The notes under the pieces were generated by a model. It searched no databases, was not told where the DNA came from, and saw nothing but the letters and a program-made list of their open reading frames with translations. Made by a program: the position numbers and the translations under genes. Shown in pieces: positions 31,339-40,687 of a stretch of 61,312 bases of DNA (position 1 is its first letter; every line of letters starts with the position of its first letter). The stretch is from positions 1 through 61,312 of the forward strand of contig CAVTZU010000016.1 of NCBI GenBank assembly GCA_963739305.1. Reading direction: 5' to 3'. The DNA comes from Candidatus Bathyarchaeota archaeon. Its GTDB lineage: Archaea; Thermoproteota; Bathyarchaeia; Bathyarchaeales; Bathycorpusculaceae.

Positions 31339-32146
31339 ACAGACTATGAGAACTAGACTCACAGCAAGAAATTCTCAAGTCTTCCGAGCCGTGATGGTTT
31401 TTCTAGTTGCTTTTGGACTTAACCAGGTCAGCACTTATCTTTCAGGCATCAACCCATCTCTCACCTGGCTGCGATCCCTCACCTTCCTCATCATTGCCAT
31501 AGTCGTATTCCTATTCATGAGATTCAGCTCATCCAACTTCAAACAACACGGCTTCTTCTTCGCCAAGAATTCAGGCAGACTCTTGGCGCTGTCCCTCTTG
31601 CTCGCCTTTCTCTACGTTCTCATCGTGCTTTTCATTCCTGGGGCCTTGTCAGAGTTTGAAGCTCTTCCAACACCTCCGATTACTTGGGATATCTTATTCA
31701 CCATCGGAAGTGTGCTGCTCGCGACGATCGCCACTGTGGCCGTTTTTCAAGGCTACATTCAAACGAACATCACCAACGCGTATGGATTTTCAGTAGCCGT
31801 CGTCGCCGTCACTGCGATGTTTACGTTGTTCTCATTTCCAGTCACGATGTACCTCACACTGGATCCTGCAATCCTCTTTCGTCAAATCCTGCTTCTGGCT
31901 GCCCAGAGCGTTTTCACCTGTTTCTTCTTCATGGAAACTCAGACCCTCCTGACGCCGATTGCGTTCACGGCGGCGACTGCGCTTTTAGCAATCTTTACTC
32001 CTCTTCAGGCAACAGAAACGGACTACGTCACTCTGTTTTCTATCATGTCATACGTTCTTCTGGTCCCAACGATGCACTCGTTCGTGGAAGAAGTGAAACA
32101 ACAAAACCTGAGGAAGAGTCCGACACCAATCCTAGAACCTGAATGA
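31322..32146 (+). CDS. Polytopic membrane protein, degenerate CPBP/Abi (CAAX protease)-like
   Basis: About 8 TM; ...VAVFQGYIQ.....YG...AV.VTA.MF resembles EExxFRG.L but lacks the EE pair. Confidence 0.55.
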   Translation: MELRIEQTMRTRLTARNSQVFRAVMVFLVAFGLNQVSTYLSGINPSLTWLRSLTFLIIAIVVFLFMRFSSSNFKQHGFFFAKNSGRLLALSLLLAFLYVLIVLFIPGALSEFEALPTPPITWDILFTIGSVLLATIATVAVFQGYIQTNITNAYGFSVAVVAVTAMFTLFSFPVTMYLTLDPAILFRQILLLAAQSVFTCFFFMETQTLLTPIAFTAATALLAIFTPLQATETDYVTLFSIMSYVLLVPTMHSFVEEVKQQNLRKSPTPILEPE

Positions 32147-32230
32147 AAGAGTTGAGTCAATCGTGCATATTTCCATCATTTTCAGAACGATGAGACCAAC
32201 AAGATTTTAAGTTGAACCATTACTCTACAT

Positions 32231-32500
32231 ATGGTGGAGAGAGGACAGTTGGCAGCCATATGGGTTGAGATGAGCTGTCCCGAGCACGGGCTGGAAAGAT
32301 TCAAAATCAAAGTTATCAAGAAATATAATGTAAATAAGGAACTCATCGAGCCAAAATTCAGAACCAAGCCTCACCACGAGCTTGCGGGCGTTGTCGTTGG
32401 AAAAAGCGTTGGGCACGATGAAGTCAGACAGTACTTGGTTGAATATTTCAGAGAAGCGGGAATGATCGATAAAGTACTCAGCATGCGAATGCAAATCTGA
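32231..32500 (+). CDS. Small hypothetical protein
   Basis: 89-aa ORF with ATG, SCPEHG motif, TTTTAA about 25 nt upstream. Confidence 0.65.
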   Translation: MVERGQLAAIWVEMSCPEHGLERFKIKVIKKYNVNKELIEPKFRTKPHHELAGVVVGKSVGHDEVRQYLVEYFREAGMIDKVLSMRMQI

Positions 32501-32743
32501 CCCTTCTTTAGGAACTGGGACCCAATCAAGCGTCTTTAGAATGGAAAACGACGGAGCCATGTCCCTCCCCTATTTCTCGGTTGGACCGCAGACTTAATTT
32601 TCCCTACGTTTTCAGCTAGAAAGTCTATATCTCACAAACTTTCCTGACTCTTGCCCCTGCAAGGGTCCGGAAGCGAATGGACCGTGATTCTTCCACAAAC
32701 CTTTTTTGCCAACATGTTCACTTTTAATCAGGGGAGAGAGGGC

Positions 32744-34096
32744 ATGAAAAGAGTAGTCTTCGTTGCATTGGCAATACTGCTTACAAGCGGCATCCTCTTG
32801 GCGTCTCTCGTGAACGCAGAGCGAGCGATCCAAACTTTTGCTGGTACTCGAACCCGACCAGGTTGCGCTTCGTCAAGAGAAACTCTGCAAGATCCAACCA
32901 CTTCAAACCTAACGACAAGTGTCCTGCAGGACATCAACGGCAGTTATCAGCGTTGGAGAGACGTAGCAGAAGACACCTACGCTGCGTCGTACCAAGCAAG
33001 TTACAGCTACAGTCAAGCTAGCGTATCAGTCACGTATCAACAGTCAGGCTCCAATTTTTCCGGAGCTTTCGACGCCACTGGCCTCAAACCCAACTTCGCT
33101 TACCAGCTCAAGCTTCAGGGAAAACCCTCAGAGGACCCAATCTCGGACCAGCACCTGAAAGACATTGGGCGAAGCTACGACATTGCACTCAACCAAACCA
33201 TCGGCTACGTGGTCTTTGATTTCATGGTCACCGACAGAAACGGAGAAGCCCACTGTAACTTCTCCCTAGCAAACAGTTACCACGTCCTTTGGAAAGTGAG
33301 CCAGAGAACGCCCCAGCCAAAAGATTCGACCCCAAGATCAGTCACCGTTCAAGGCAGCCCCGAAGATCCACCTCAAGCGTACCTTGCCCCCGTGGGACCA
33401 ACGGGCGTCGAAGTCTACGCGGAATGGGAGAAAGGCGTCCCCGGAAACGTTCAGCTGCCCCCGGGAACTTACAATGTGAGATTTGTCATTACCGAAGAGA
33501 GTTTTCATTCATCAATAAGTGACCCCACAGGAGGTTACTGGTCAACGGTTATGAGCGGCGACGTTTCCTTCACGATCTATCCATCCATGCACGATGTGGC
33601 CCTCTCCAATCCTTGCCCTTCTAAAACTGTCGTCGGCCAAAACTTTCGTGTGCGTTTGAACGTGACTGTTGAAAACGATGGAGACTATGCTGAACTCTTT
33701 AACGTAAGCGTCTCAGCAAATTCAACTCAGATTGCAGGCGAGTTAGTCAACAACATTGGGCCGCACACGGCAGAGGTCCTGAGCTTCAGCTGGAATGCAA
33801 GTGGGTTTTCAAGAGGCAATTACACCATAAGCATAATCGCTGACACGGTTCCAAACGAAACAAACACAACGAACAACTCTGTCGCAACGAACGTAACTTT
33901 GTCGTTTCCAGGCGACGTCAACGGCGACGGATCAGTCGACATATATGACGCTATCATCCTGGCATCTGCTTTCAACGCGATCCCAGGAAGTCCAAACTGG
34001 AAAGCAAACGCAGACATTAACGATGACGATGTGATCGACGTTTACGACGCCATAATTCTCGCTGGGAACTTCCCTTCTCCGCGCGCGGGATTATGA
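32744..34096 (+). CDS. Secreted protein: unknown N-terminal domain + CARDB-like Ig + dockerin
   Basis: GGGAGAGAGG then ATG 32744; signal peptide; HDVAL...KTVVGQ...N.G...E.FNV CARDB; GDVNGDGSVDIYDA...ADINDDDVIDVYDA dockerin. Confidence 0.85.
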   Translation: MKRVVFVALAILLTSGILLASLVNAERAIQTFAGTRTRPGCASSRETLQDPTTSNLTTSVLQDINGSYQRWRDVAEDTYAASYQASYSYSQASVSVTYQQSGSNFSGAFDATGLKPNFAYQLKLQGKPSEDPISDQHLKDIGRSYDIALNQTIGYVVFDFMVTDRNGEAHCNFSLANSYHVLWKVSQRTPQPKDSTPRSVTVQGSPEDPPQAYLAPVGPTGVEVYAEWEKGVPGNVQLPPGTYNVRFVITEESFHSSISDPTGGYWSTVMSGDVSFTIYPSMHDVALSNPCPSKTVVGQNFRVRLNVTVENDGDYAELFNVSVSANSTQIAGELVNNIGPHTAEVLSFSWNASGFSRGNYTISIIADTVPNETNTTNNSVATNVTLSFPGDVNGDGSVDIYDAIILASAFNAIPGSPNWKANADINDDDVIDVYDAIILAGNFPSPRAGL

Positions 34097-34203
34097 TGCG
34101 ACTAAGTTTGTAAAACCAGTAATCATTGACGAACTGGGGACATCACGAAAACAGTCATTTTGCTAAAAAAAATGGAGGGGATTGAAGTGTCATTGTTGTT
34201 TTT

Positions 34204-37200
34204 TTATGGATCAGGTCTCCGTTCTCCGAAGTGTATGCCCATCAGTATGGCGTCGTAGATGTCTATTACTCCATCCTTGTTCAAGTCTGCGTAGGGGTTC
34301 CAGCGTGGATTGCTTGGTGGTGGAGCGTGCGCACCGTAGGAATTGGCAAAGATTATGCCGTCGTAAATGTCCACGACTCCGTCGAAGTTCAGGTCACCAA
34401 TGGGTGTCGGGACGATGTCGTAGTATCCATCTTTGGTGATGTGTGGAATCTTGTTGGCCAGCGGATCGCTCAGCTTGGTCGCAAATAACGTTAGGTTGCA
34501 CGCTGCGTTAGGCAAGGTAAGTCCGATCGGTTGATACTTGACTCTGAACGTTACAGTTGCTATGGTTCCATTTCCACTTGGGAACGGTCCGTGCCATGTG
34601 CCGTTGACGTCTGGAAGTATTAACCCTGCAAAGAGTACATCTTCAGTCGTACTATCGATCGTTTCTACGAAGGGGCCGTAGTACAGCATTCCGCCGTTTG
34701 GAGAGTGCGAATATGCTTCCAAGAACGTTCCGTTCGAAACCTGAAGTACTTCGAGAAGCGTCGAGTTGTACTTAAGTCGGAACTCAAAGCCTGTCAGCTG
34801 CATGGCTGAGGTCACGTTGTACAGTGTTATGTTGACGTTAAACGTGGCGTTCAGAACTTTTGCTCGCACAGTGGACGGTTCAACTTTCATTAGAAGAGTT
34901 ATCGCTGGCACAAGCCTAATCAAATCTGGGTATGATCTGACGTTATCTGCCGTGTTTGTTTCATAAGGAACCGTGTCCGCCGTGGCAGTCAGGTTGTAGC
35001 TTCCAAAGGCTAATCCTGTGGTGTTCCAGTGGAACGCCAACACTTGTTGGAGTCCCGCTCCGAGGCTGTTAACGGCAATCTTGCCTATTTGGGTTGCATT
35101 ATAAGTCAAGGTGACGTTGAAGGTCTCGCTGAAGTTGCCTAGGTTCGCTGCTGTGACGCTCACATCTATCACGTCGCCTGGGACAGCGGAGGTCTTTGAT
35201 GGCGTGATCTGGGTTATTGCGACGTTGTGAGTTCCGAGTACGACTGGGGCGTTTGAAACGATAACTGATGCGCTGCCGGTTCCTTGAACTTGGAATCCAA
35301 GGTCGCTTACTTCGTCTAGTCTCCACACTGCTACGCCCGTTGTGCCGTCTGCGTAGGCTGTGAACTCTTTTTCGTCTGCAGCGTTGAATACTTGGGCTGC
35401 TGAGAAGTCGAGTGTTACTAGTGCGGATGCGCCTGGCGCTACCGTGGTCCAAGAGGTTTGCCAATACGTGTCGCGCCAAGCGGCAGCGTATTCAGGCGGC
35501 GGTGTAGTCCATCCTGTGTTCAGTTTGAGGTTTACGTTGACTGAGGTCGTTCCAACGTTTGTGAAGTAGGCTTCGAGTCTCGTGTAGGCTGAGAAGTCGC
35601 CGAATGTTGAGAATGGGTTGGTGATGCCATATGTCTTGTAGGAGCCTCCTGCAAGCTGGCTTACTGGGAAGTTGTTGCCAACAACCGTGCCAATTGCGGA
35701 ATTTAGTCCTGTGAAGTCAAATTGAACGCCAGGACCAGAGATGTCCGTAACTGTTGCAAGAGTTCCTGGACCAACCTCCTTCGCAAACTGGGTGCCAAGC
35801 TCTGGGTCTGTGAACGATAAAGGTACATCAGAGAAGCTTGACACGACAACTGCGCCAGCGCCGTTTCCTTTGAGGTTGAATTCTATGTTGCTCACTTCGT
35901 CCAGTCTTCTTACCATGACATTTGTCGTCCAGTCAGGGTACTGCCAAGCCGTGTTAGGGTCGTCTCCAGCATTAGAAACCGTGGCGCTAAAGAAGTCAAG
36001 TTTCACAACTTTAGTTTCTCCTGGTGCGAGTGAAACCCAATCTCCCTGCCAGAAAGTGTCTCTTTGTGGACTTCCCCAAGGCGCAACTGTCCAGCCCGTA
36101 TTCATAGCCAAAGCAACGTTTACCGCGTTTGTTCCGACGTTTGTGATGGCCAGTTTGTAGCAGGTGTATGCTGAGAAGTCGTATGGACCCGCGAAGCCAC
36201 TGCCATAATCTTTCCAAACTCCGTTGGCAAGTGCATTCACTGGGAAGTTGTTTCCAACGATAGTGCCAGTTGACGGGTCTAGCCCGGTCAGATCGAATCG
36301 AACGCCAGGACCAGAGATGTCCGTAACTGTTGCAAGAGTTCCTGGACCAACCTCCTTCGCAAACTGGGTGCCAAGTTCCGCGTCTGACAGAGTCAGTGGA
36401 ACGTCGACAATTCGAGTGGCCACGACTGATGCTGCACCATTGCCCAGCACTTGGAAGCCTAAGTCGCTTACTTCATTCAGCCTCCAAATCGCGACGCCGG
36501 TTGTTCCATCAGCGTAATGCGTGAAAACCGGATCATCACCCGCGTTGTATACAATGGCGTTGTTGAATTCCAAGGTCACGGTTGCGGTGGATTTGGCTCC
36601 GATAGTGGTCCATGCGCTCTGCCAATACGTGTCTCTCGTCGGGTCTGGAACGGTCCAGCCGGTGTTCATTTTCAAGCAGACCATTATCGGGTTAGTTCCG
36701 AGGTTTGTAAACATCATACTGTACCGAGAGTAGATTCCGAAGTCTCCGTAGCCGCCTATTCCGTCGGCGGCGCCTCCTGCAAGCTGGCTTACTGGGTATG
36801 CGTCTCCTGTGGTTGTCCCTGATGATGTGCTTAGTCCTGTGAAGTCAAATTGAACGCCTGGGCCTGCTATGTCCGTTATGCTTGCGACGGTTCCTGGGCC
36901 TGATTCTTTGGCGAATTGCGTGTTCAGCTCATTGTCTTCGGGCGTTAATGTCAAGCTTGGGGTTGTTGCGGAGACGACTAAAGCGGCGCTGCCGCTGCCA
37001 GTCACCTGGAAACCGATGTTGCTGACTTCATTAAGCCGCCAAATTGCGACTCCGGTTGTTCCATCAGCGTAATGCGTGAAGTCTGGATCATCGCTCGCCT
37101 GGTACACTGTTGCGCTCGAGAAGTCGAGTGTTACGACTCTGCTCTTCGATGGTTCAACGTAGACCCACCCATTTTCCCAGTAGGTGTTCCTAGTAGGATC

Positions 37201-37590
37201 TGGGCTGGTCCAACCCGTGTTCATCAACAGGTTCACTGAAACTGCTGTTGTTCCGACGTTCGTGAATATGAGCCTGTACTGCGTGTACTGTCTGAAGTCA
37301 CCATATCCGCCTATCCCGTCTAAAGCTCCGCCTGCTAATTGACTCACTGGATAATTGTCGCTTACGCCAGTGCCTGATGACGTTAGACCGGTGAAGTCAA
37401 ATCTAACGCCTGGGCCAGCTATATCAGTAATTGCAGCGATACTTCCGGGGCCAAACAGCGGGCCGAATTGCGTGCTCAGCTCACTGTCGCCTAAGGTTAC
37501 AGTAGCCTCCTTTTTAGCAAACGAAAATACTGCTAAGATATTCATTGAAAGTGCAACAAGCATTATCATAGCTAAGATTTTTCTATTCAT
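34204..37590 (-). CDS. Secreted protein: 4 x ~190-aa unrecognised domain + CARDB-like Ig + cohesin + dockerin
   Basis: Intact 1128-aa ORF; signal peptide; four repeats with MNTGWT/RDT.W/LDF/RL.EVS motifs; TFNVNITL...GFEFRLKYNSTLL...GNGTIATVTF cohesin; GDLNFDGVVDIYDG...ADLNKDGVIDIYDA dockerin. Confidence 0.9.
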   Translation of the reverse strand: MNRKILAMIMLVALSMNILAVFSFAKKEATVTLGDSELSTQFGPLFGPGSIAAITDIAGPGVRFDFTGLTSSGTGVSDNYPVSQLAGGALDGIGGYGDFRQYTQYRLIFTNVGTTAVSVNLLMNTGWTSPDPTRNTYWENGWVYVEPSKSRVVTLDFSSATVYQASDDPDFTHYADGTTGVAIWRLNEVSNIGFQVTGSGSAALVVSATTPSLTLTPEDNELNTQFAKESGPGTVASITDIAGPGVQFDFTGLSTSSGTTTGDAYPVSQLAGGAADGIGGYGDFGIYSRYSMMFTNLGTNPIMVCLKMNTGWTVPDPTRDTYWQSAWTTIGAKSTATVTLEFNNAIVYNAGDDPVFTHYADGTTGVAIWRLNEVSDLGFQVLGNGAASVVATRIVDVPLTLSDAELGTQFAKEVGPGTLATVTDISGPGVRFDLTGLDPSTGTIVGNNFPVNALANGVWKDYGSGFAGPYDFSAYTCYKLAITNVGTNAVNVALAMNTGWTVAPWGSPQRDTFWQGDWVSLAPGETKVVKLDFFSATVSNAGDDPNTAWQYPDWTTNVMVRRLDEVSNIEFNLKGNGAGAVVVSSFSDVPLSFTDPELGTQFAKEVGPGTLATVTDISGPGVQFDFTGLNSAIGTVVGNNFPVSQLAGGSYKTYGITNPFSTFGDFSAYTRLEAYFTNVGTTSVNVNLKLNTGWTTPPPEYAAAWRDTYWQTSWTTVAPGASALVTLDFSAAQVFNAADEKEFTAYADGTTGVAVWRLDEVSDLGFQVQGTGSASVIVSNAPVVLGTHNVAITQITPSKTSAVPGDVIDVSVTAANLGNFSETFNVTLTYNATQIGKIAVNSLGAGLQQVLAFHWNTTGLAFGSYNLTATADTVPYETNTADNVRSYPDLIRLVPAITLLMKVEPSTVRAKVLNATFNVNITLYNVTSAMQLTGFEFRLKYNSTLLEVLQVSNGTFLEAYSHSPNGGMLYYGPFVETIDSTTEDVLFAGLILPDVNGTWHGPFPSGNGTIATVTFRVKYQPIGLTLPNAACNLTLFATKLSDPLANKIPHITKDGYYDIVPTPIGDLNFDGVVDIYDGIIFANSYGAHAPPPSNPRWNPYADLNKDGVIDIYDAILMGIHFGERRPDP
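35245..37500 (-). repeat. Four tandem ~570-bp coding repeats with identical patches
   Basis: Approximate units 37500-36970, 36955-36415, 36395-35830 and 35820-35245; 76-bp identity between 35724-35799 and 36300-36375. Confidence 0.85.
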
Positions 37591-37641
37591 ACCTAATCAT
37601 CCTTTCTCCTTCAATTTCCAGAATAACTTCTCTCTCCTTGA

Positions 37642-37669
37642 CTTATATAACTTACGAAACCTTGTTCTA
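37642..37669 (-). promoter_or_regulatory. Conserved upstream box + TATA
   Basis: Minus strand TAGAACAAGGTTTC-GTAAGTT-ATATAAG. Confidence 0.55.
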
Positions 37670-37787
37670 TAACATTGAAATGATTCTCTGTATGAAGTTG
37701 TTGAGACCCACAAAAGCGAGCCGTGAGTTTCATGCCGAAAGTTTTCACTCGAAAGGAAATCAGCCTCCTAAGTGACGATTGCACTGC

Positions 37788-39368
37788 TCACGACACACTC
37801 CTGCCGTAGTTGGTTGCGAGGAGTATAGCATCGTATATGTCGACTGTACCATCACCGTTTATATCAGCCTTCGGATTGTACCGCGGGTCACCAATAGTCT
37901 TCAAGAAGGACCCCGCCAACAGCACAGCGTCATAGATGTCGACCGTCAGGTCGCCGTTTATGTCCCCTTGAAGGGTAAACGTGACGGTGACCTGGATCGA
38001 GTTGTCCGAAGTGTCATTTTCAAAGGGAAGAGGAGGGATAGAAGCGTTCAAAACGTACTTCCCTTTCGCGAACCCAGTGAGATTCCACAGGAATGTGATG
38101 GTCTGATTTGCTGCAGGACCGAGGGTCAACGTCTCTGCATGAATCAGAGTTGAGTTTGCGTAAACGGTCAGGTTGAAAGTTTCGATTTGGGTTCCCTGAT
38201 TGGCGACTGTCACATTCACATAGGATGAGCGCGCCTCATTCAATATCTCAGCGCATACTAGGTCTGTAACTGCAACGTCGGGAACGTTTTGTGGCTCATG
38301 GTAGTACTGGTTTAAGATGTCCTGTGCAGGCTTGTTCTGAGGAGGGTAATCAATGTCAGACGATCCTCCAGCATTCGGGTTTGTTTCCCAAGTCCACCAG
38401 AACCAACCTAAGAACCAGCTTCTGCCGGCGAAGGCTTCGATCGCAGCTTGATAGCAGTCAGCTTGTTCTTGAAGGTCTAGCACGCCTGAAGGATTCCAGT
38501 TGTAAGGTTCTCTGTTCGTTCCGTTTTGGCTGGTGTACCCTATTTCAGTGAAAATCACTTTCTTTCCAGTCTGCAAGTAAGTTGTGTAGATTTCGTTCGT
38601 CCAGTTTCTTCCGATGTAGCCCGATCTTGCGCAGGACGACCAGGCATTCCTAAGCTGCGCCTCGGTGGGGCTGAAAGAATCAGTCAGAGGGAAATATGCA
38701 TCGACGCCCACGTAGTCCAGCGCGTCCCAAAAAGCTATACTGCCTGTTCCATAGGAATCCCAGTTTGCAGCATAAATAATGTTGCCGGAGAAGCGAGCTC
38801 GGACTTCGCTTATCACGCTCCGCCAGTCAGAAGTACGTGACTGGGAAGATCGAAGTTCTGTTCCGACCACTAGCATTTCAACGTTGTTCATCTGCGAAAT
38901 GTTTGCGTAATAGTCCATGAAGTATCGATAATTCTGAAACCAAAGCGTCCAGTTGGTCGGCGAAATCGTTCCCCTCCAAGATCCGTCTACCACGTCCACC
39001 ATAGGCTTCAACACAACCATCATCCCTATTTGATGTGCTTTTTCAATGGCGTGAAGCAATGATGAATCTGAAGCCGAGTAAAGATCGAGTCTTTGACGCA
39101 TTCTATTGTCTGATGAATTATCCATGAACCAGAACACGGTGAAGGTAACCCACGTGGCGTTGAGGCTGCGCAGATTCGTTATTGATTGATCAAAGTCGGT
39201 GGTGTTGTACGCCTCTGCACTCCAAGCGTTGACGGTCATTCCCTTCATCGGGGGCATTTGCGCGACTGAGTCTGCGATGCCGACATGCTGAGGCATGGAA
39301 ACCAAGGAGACTGCGAGTAACGCCAAGGACCAGACGATAATCGTTGCTTTCAGTCTTAGATGACGCAC
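37788..39368 (-). CDS. GH113 glycoside hydrolase (putative beta-mannanase) + CARDB-like Ig + dockerin
   Basis: Signal peptide; VVLKPMVD...WRG, WF.NY, VVGTEL (acid/base Glu), YAANWD, FWDALDYVGVDAYFPL, FTEIGY (nucleophile Glu), Q..QA.CY.A and PQNKPA; GDINGDLTVDIYDA dockerin. Confidence 0.9.
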   Translation of the reverse strand: MRHLRLKATIIVWSLALLAVSLVSMPQHVGIADSVAQMPPMKGMTVNAWSAEAYNTTDFDQSITNLRSLNATWVTFTVFWFMDNSSDNRMRQRLDLYSASDSSLLHAIEKAHQIGMMVVLKPMVDVVDGSWRGTISPTNWTLWFQNYRYFMDYYANISQMNNVEMLVVGTELRSSQSRTSDWRSVISEVRARFSGNIIYAANWDSYGTGSIAFWDALDYVGVDAYFPLTDSFSPTEAQLRNAWSSCARSGYIGRNWTNEIYTTYLQTGKKVIFTEIGYTSQNGTNREPYNWNPSGVLDLQEQADCYQAAIEAFAGRSWFLGWFWWTWETNPNAGGSSDIDYPPQNKPAQDILNQYYHEPQNVPDVAVTDLVCAEILNEARSSYVNVTVANQGTQIETFNLTVYANSTLIHAETLTLGPAANQTITFLWNLTGFAKGKYVLNASIPPLPFENDTSDNSIQVTVTFTLQGDINGDLTVDIYDAVLLAGSFLKTIGDPRYNPKADINGDGTVDIYDAILLATNYGRSVS

Positions 39369-39514
39369 CTTTCTCCCTCCCTAGGTCCTAGTGCACCCTC
39401 TTTTGCGCAAAGAACATGCAGAGGGCATCATCGTTTTCAAGGGGTTGTGAAACGTTCTTCCACCATTGACGTATTTTGATCTTCACTGTGTCATCAGCCT
39501 ATTACCCTGATTTT

Positions 39515-40543
39515 CTATACGTGTTTGTTGAAGTTGTTTGCGAGCATTATCGCGTCGTAGATATCGATGGTTCCATCGGAGTTGAGGTCCGCATTCGGGT
39601 TCCAGTTGGATGAGCCTAGGTTCGTGTTGAACGCCGAGGCAAGCTGTATAGCGTCGTAGATGTCGACAGCTCCGTCCCCGTTGATGTCTCCAACTATCGA
39701 AACAGTCACCAATCCGTCGATCTTCGTGTTGTCCGCGGTGCTTGTTTCATTTACAACCGGCCAAGCATACGCGCTTACGTTGTAGTTTCCGTAAGCGAAG
39801 CCGGTCGTGTTCCACGTGAATATGATCGAAGCGTAAGCTCCACTTGGCAAGGTCGATTCTTTTGTGCTGATGTCCGTTGCATTGATGCGGACTGTTACGT
39901 TGAAGGTTTCTGCGAAGTCACCACTGTTCAGAACCGTCACGGTAATGTTATCTGGATATCCTTTTCCAACCGTTTTCCTGAGTGAGGCAACGTTGACGAC
40001 CGTCAGATCGTGTATTGTTCCTCCTGGTCCGACTCTTACGCGGCCGCCAATTGTCGTGTGAGGTATTGACTGTGAATTGATGTCGCTTAACTTTGTCTCT
40101 TGCAAATCAAGGTTGCTGCTTCCATTTGACGTGGCGTTGAAGGTGAGCGTAGCTAGGACTCCTGAACCACTGACAGATTTGCCGGCTCCCAAGAGTGTGC
40201 AGGCCGCGAGGGCGCGGCCATACGTGCTGTTATAGTTATTGGTGATGTTCAGAAGGAACACCGTAGTTCCAGCGGAACGCAAGAAAGAGCCTTCGGTTAC
40301 GGCTGTGCAATTGATTATCGCGTTGAGAAAGTATATTCTAAATTCCCAAGCATAGAGGTTGCTGACGTCCGCTACGGTCACGTTTATGTTGAAAACTGTT
40401 CCAACGTTCACGTTAGTAATTGATGGCGTGACTTGAACGGTTGCATCGGCAAAAACGAGACTTGGCAAGAAAATAGCTGATGCAGTCAGCATCACAAACA
40501 TCGCAAAAACTAGTATTTTACAATTCAATCTAGGTTTTGGCAT
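39515..40543 (-). CDS. Cohesin + CARDB-like Ig + dockerin protein
   Basis: Signal peptide; VGTVFNINVTVADVSNLYAWEF...EGSFL...GSGVLATLTF...S.LDL..TKLSD cohesin; GDINGDGAVDIYDA...ADLNSDGTIDIYDA dockerin. Confidence 0.9.
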   Translation of the reverse strand: MPKPRLNCKILVFAMFVMLTASAIFLPSLVFADATVQVTPSITNVNVGTVFNINVTVADVSNLYAWEFRIYFLNAIINCTAVTEGSFLRSAGTTVFLLNITNNYNSTYGRALAACTLLGAGKSVSGSGVLATLTFNATSNGSSNLDLQETKLSDINSQSIPHTTIGGRVRVGPGGTIHDLTVVNVASLRKTVGKGYPDNITVTVLNSGDFAETFNVTVRINATDISTKESTLPSGAYASIIFTWNTTGFAYGNYNVSAYAWPVVNETSTADNTKIDGLVTVSIVGDINGDGAVDIYDAIQLASAFNTNLGSSNWNPNADLNSDGTIDIYDAIMLANNFNKHV

Positions 40544-40592
40544 AAAATCTCCTGTCTCCCCTATCTGCAACAGGGATAGAATGAAAACAGGA

Positions 40593-40620
40593 TATTTAAG
40601 AATTCAGGAATAATATTCTA
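40593..40620 (-). promoter_or_regulatory. Conserved upstream box + TATA
   Basis: Minus strand TAGAATATTATTCC-TGAATTC-TTAAATA. Confidence 0.65.
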
Positions 40621-40687
40621 GACGAGGTTTGCATTCAAAGAAGAAGAGAGATGGAAGAGTCATTTGGCATTTTTCCCAAATGTGTTT

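Noticed and set aside
35245-37500. Repeated DNA patches as a CRISPR array
   Set aside because: Spacing is about 570 bp, all patches lie in frame within one ORF, and no cas genes are present.
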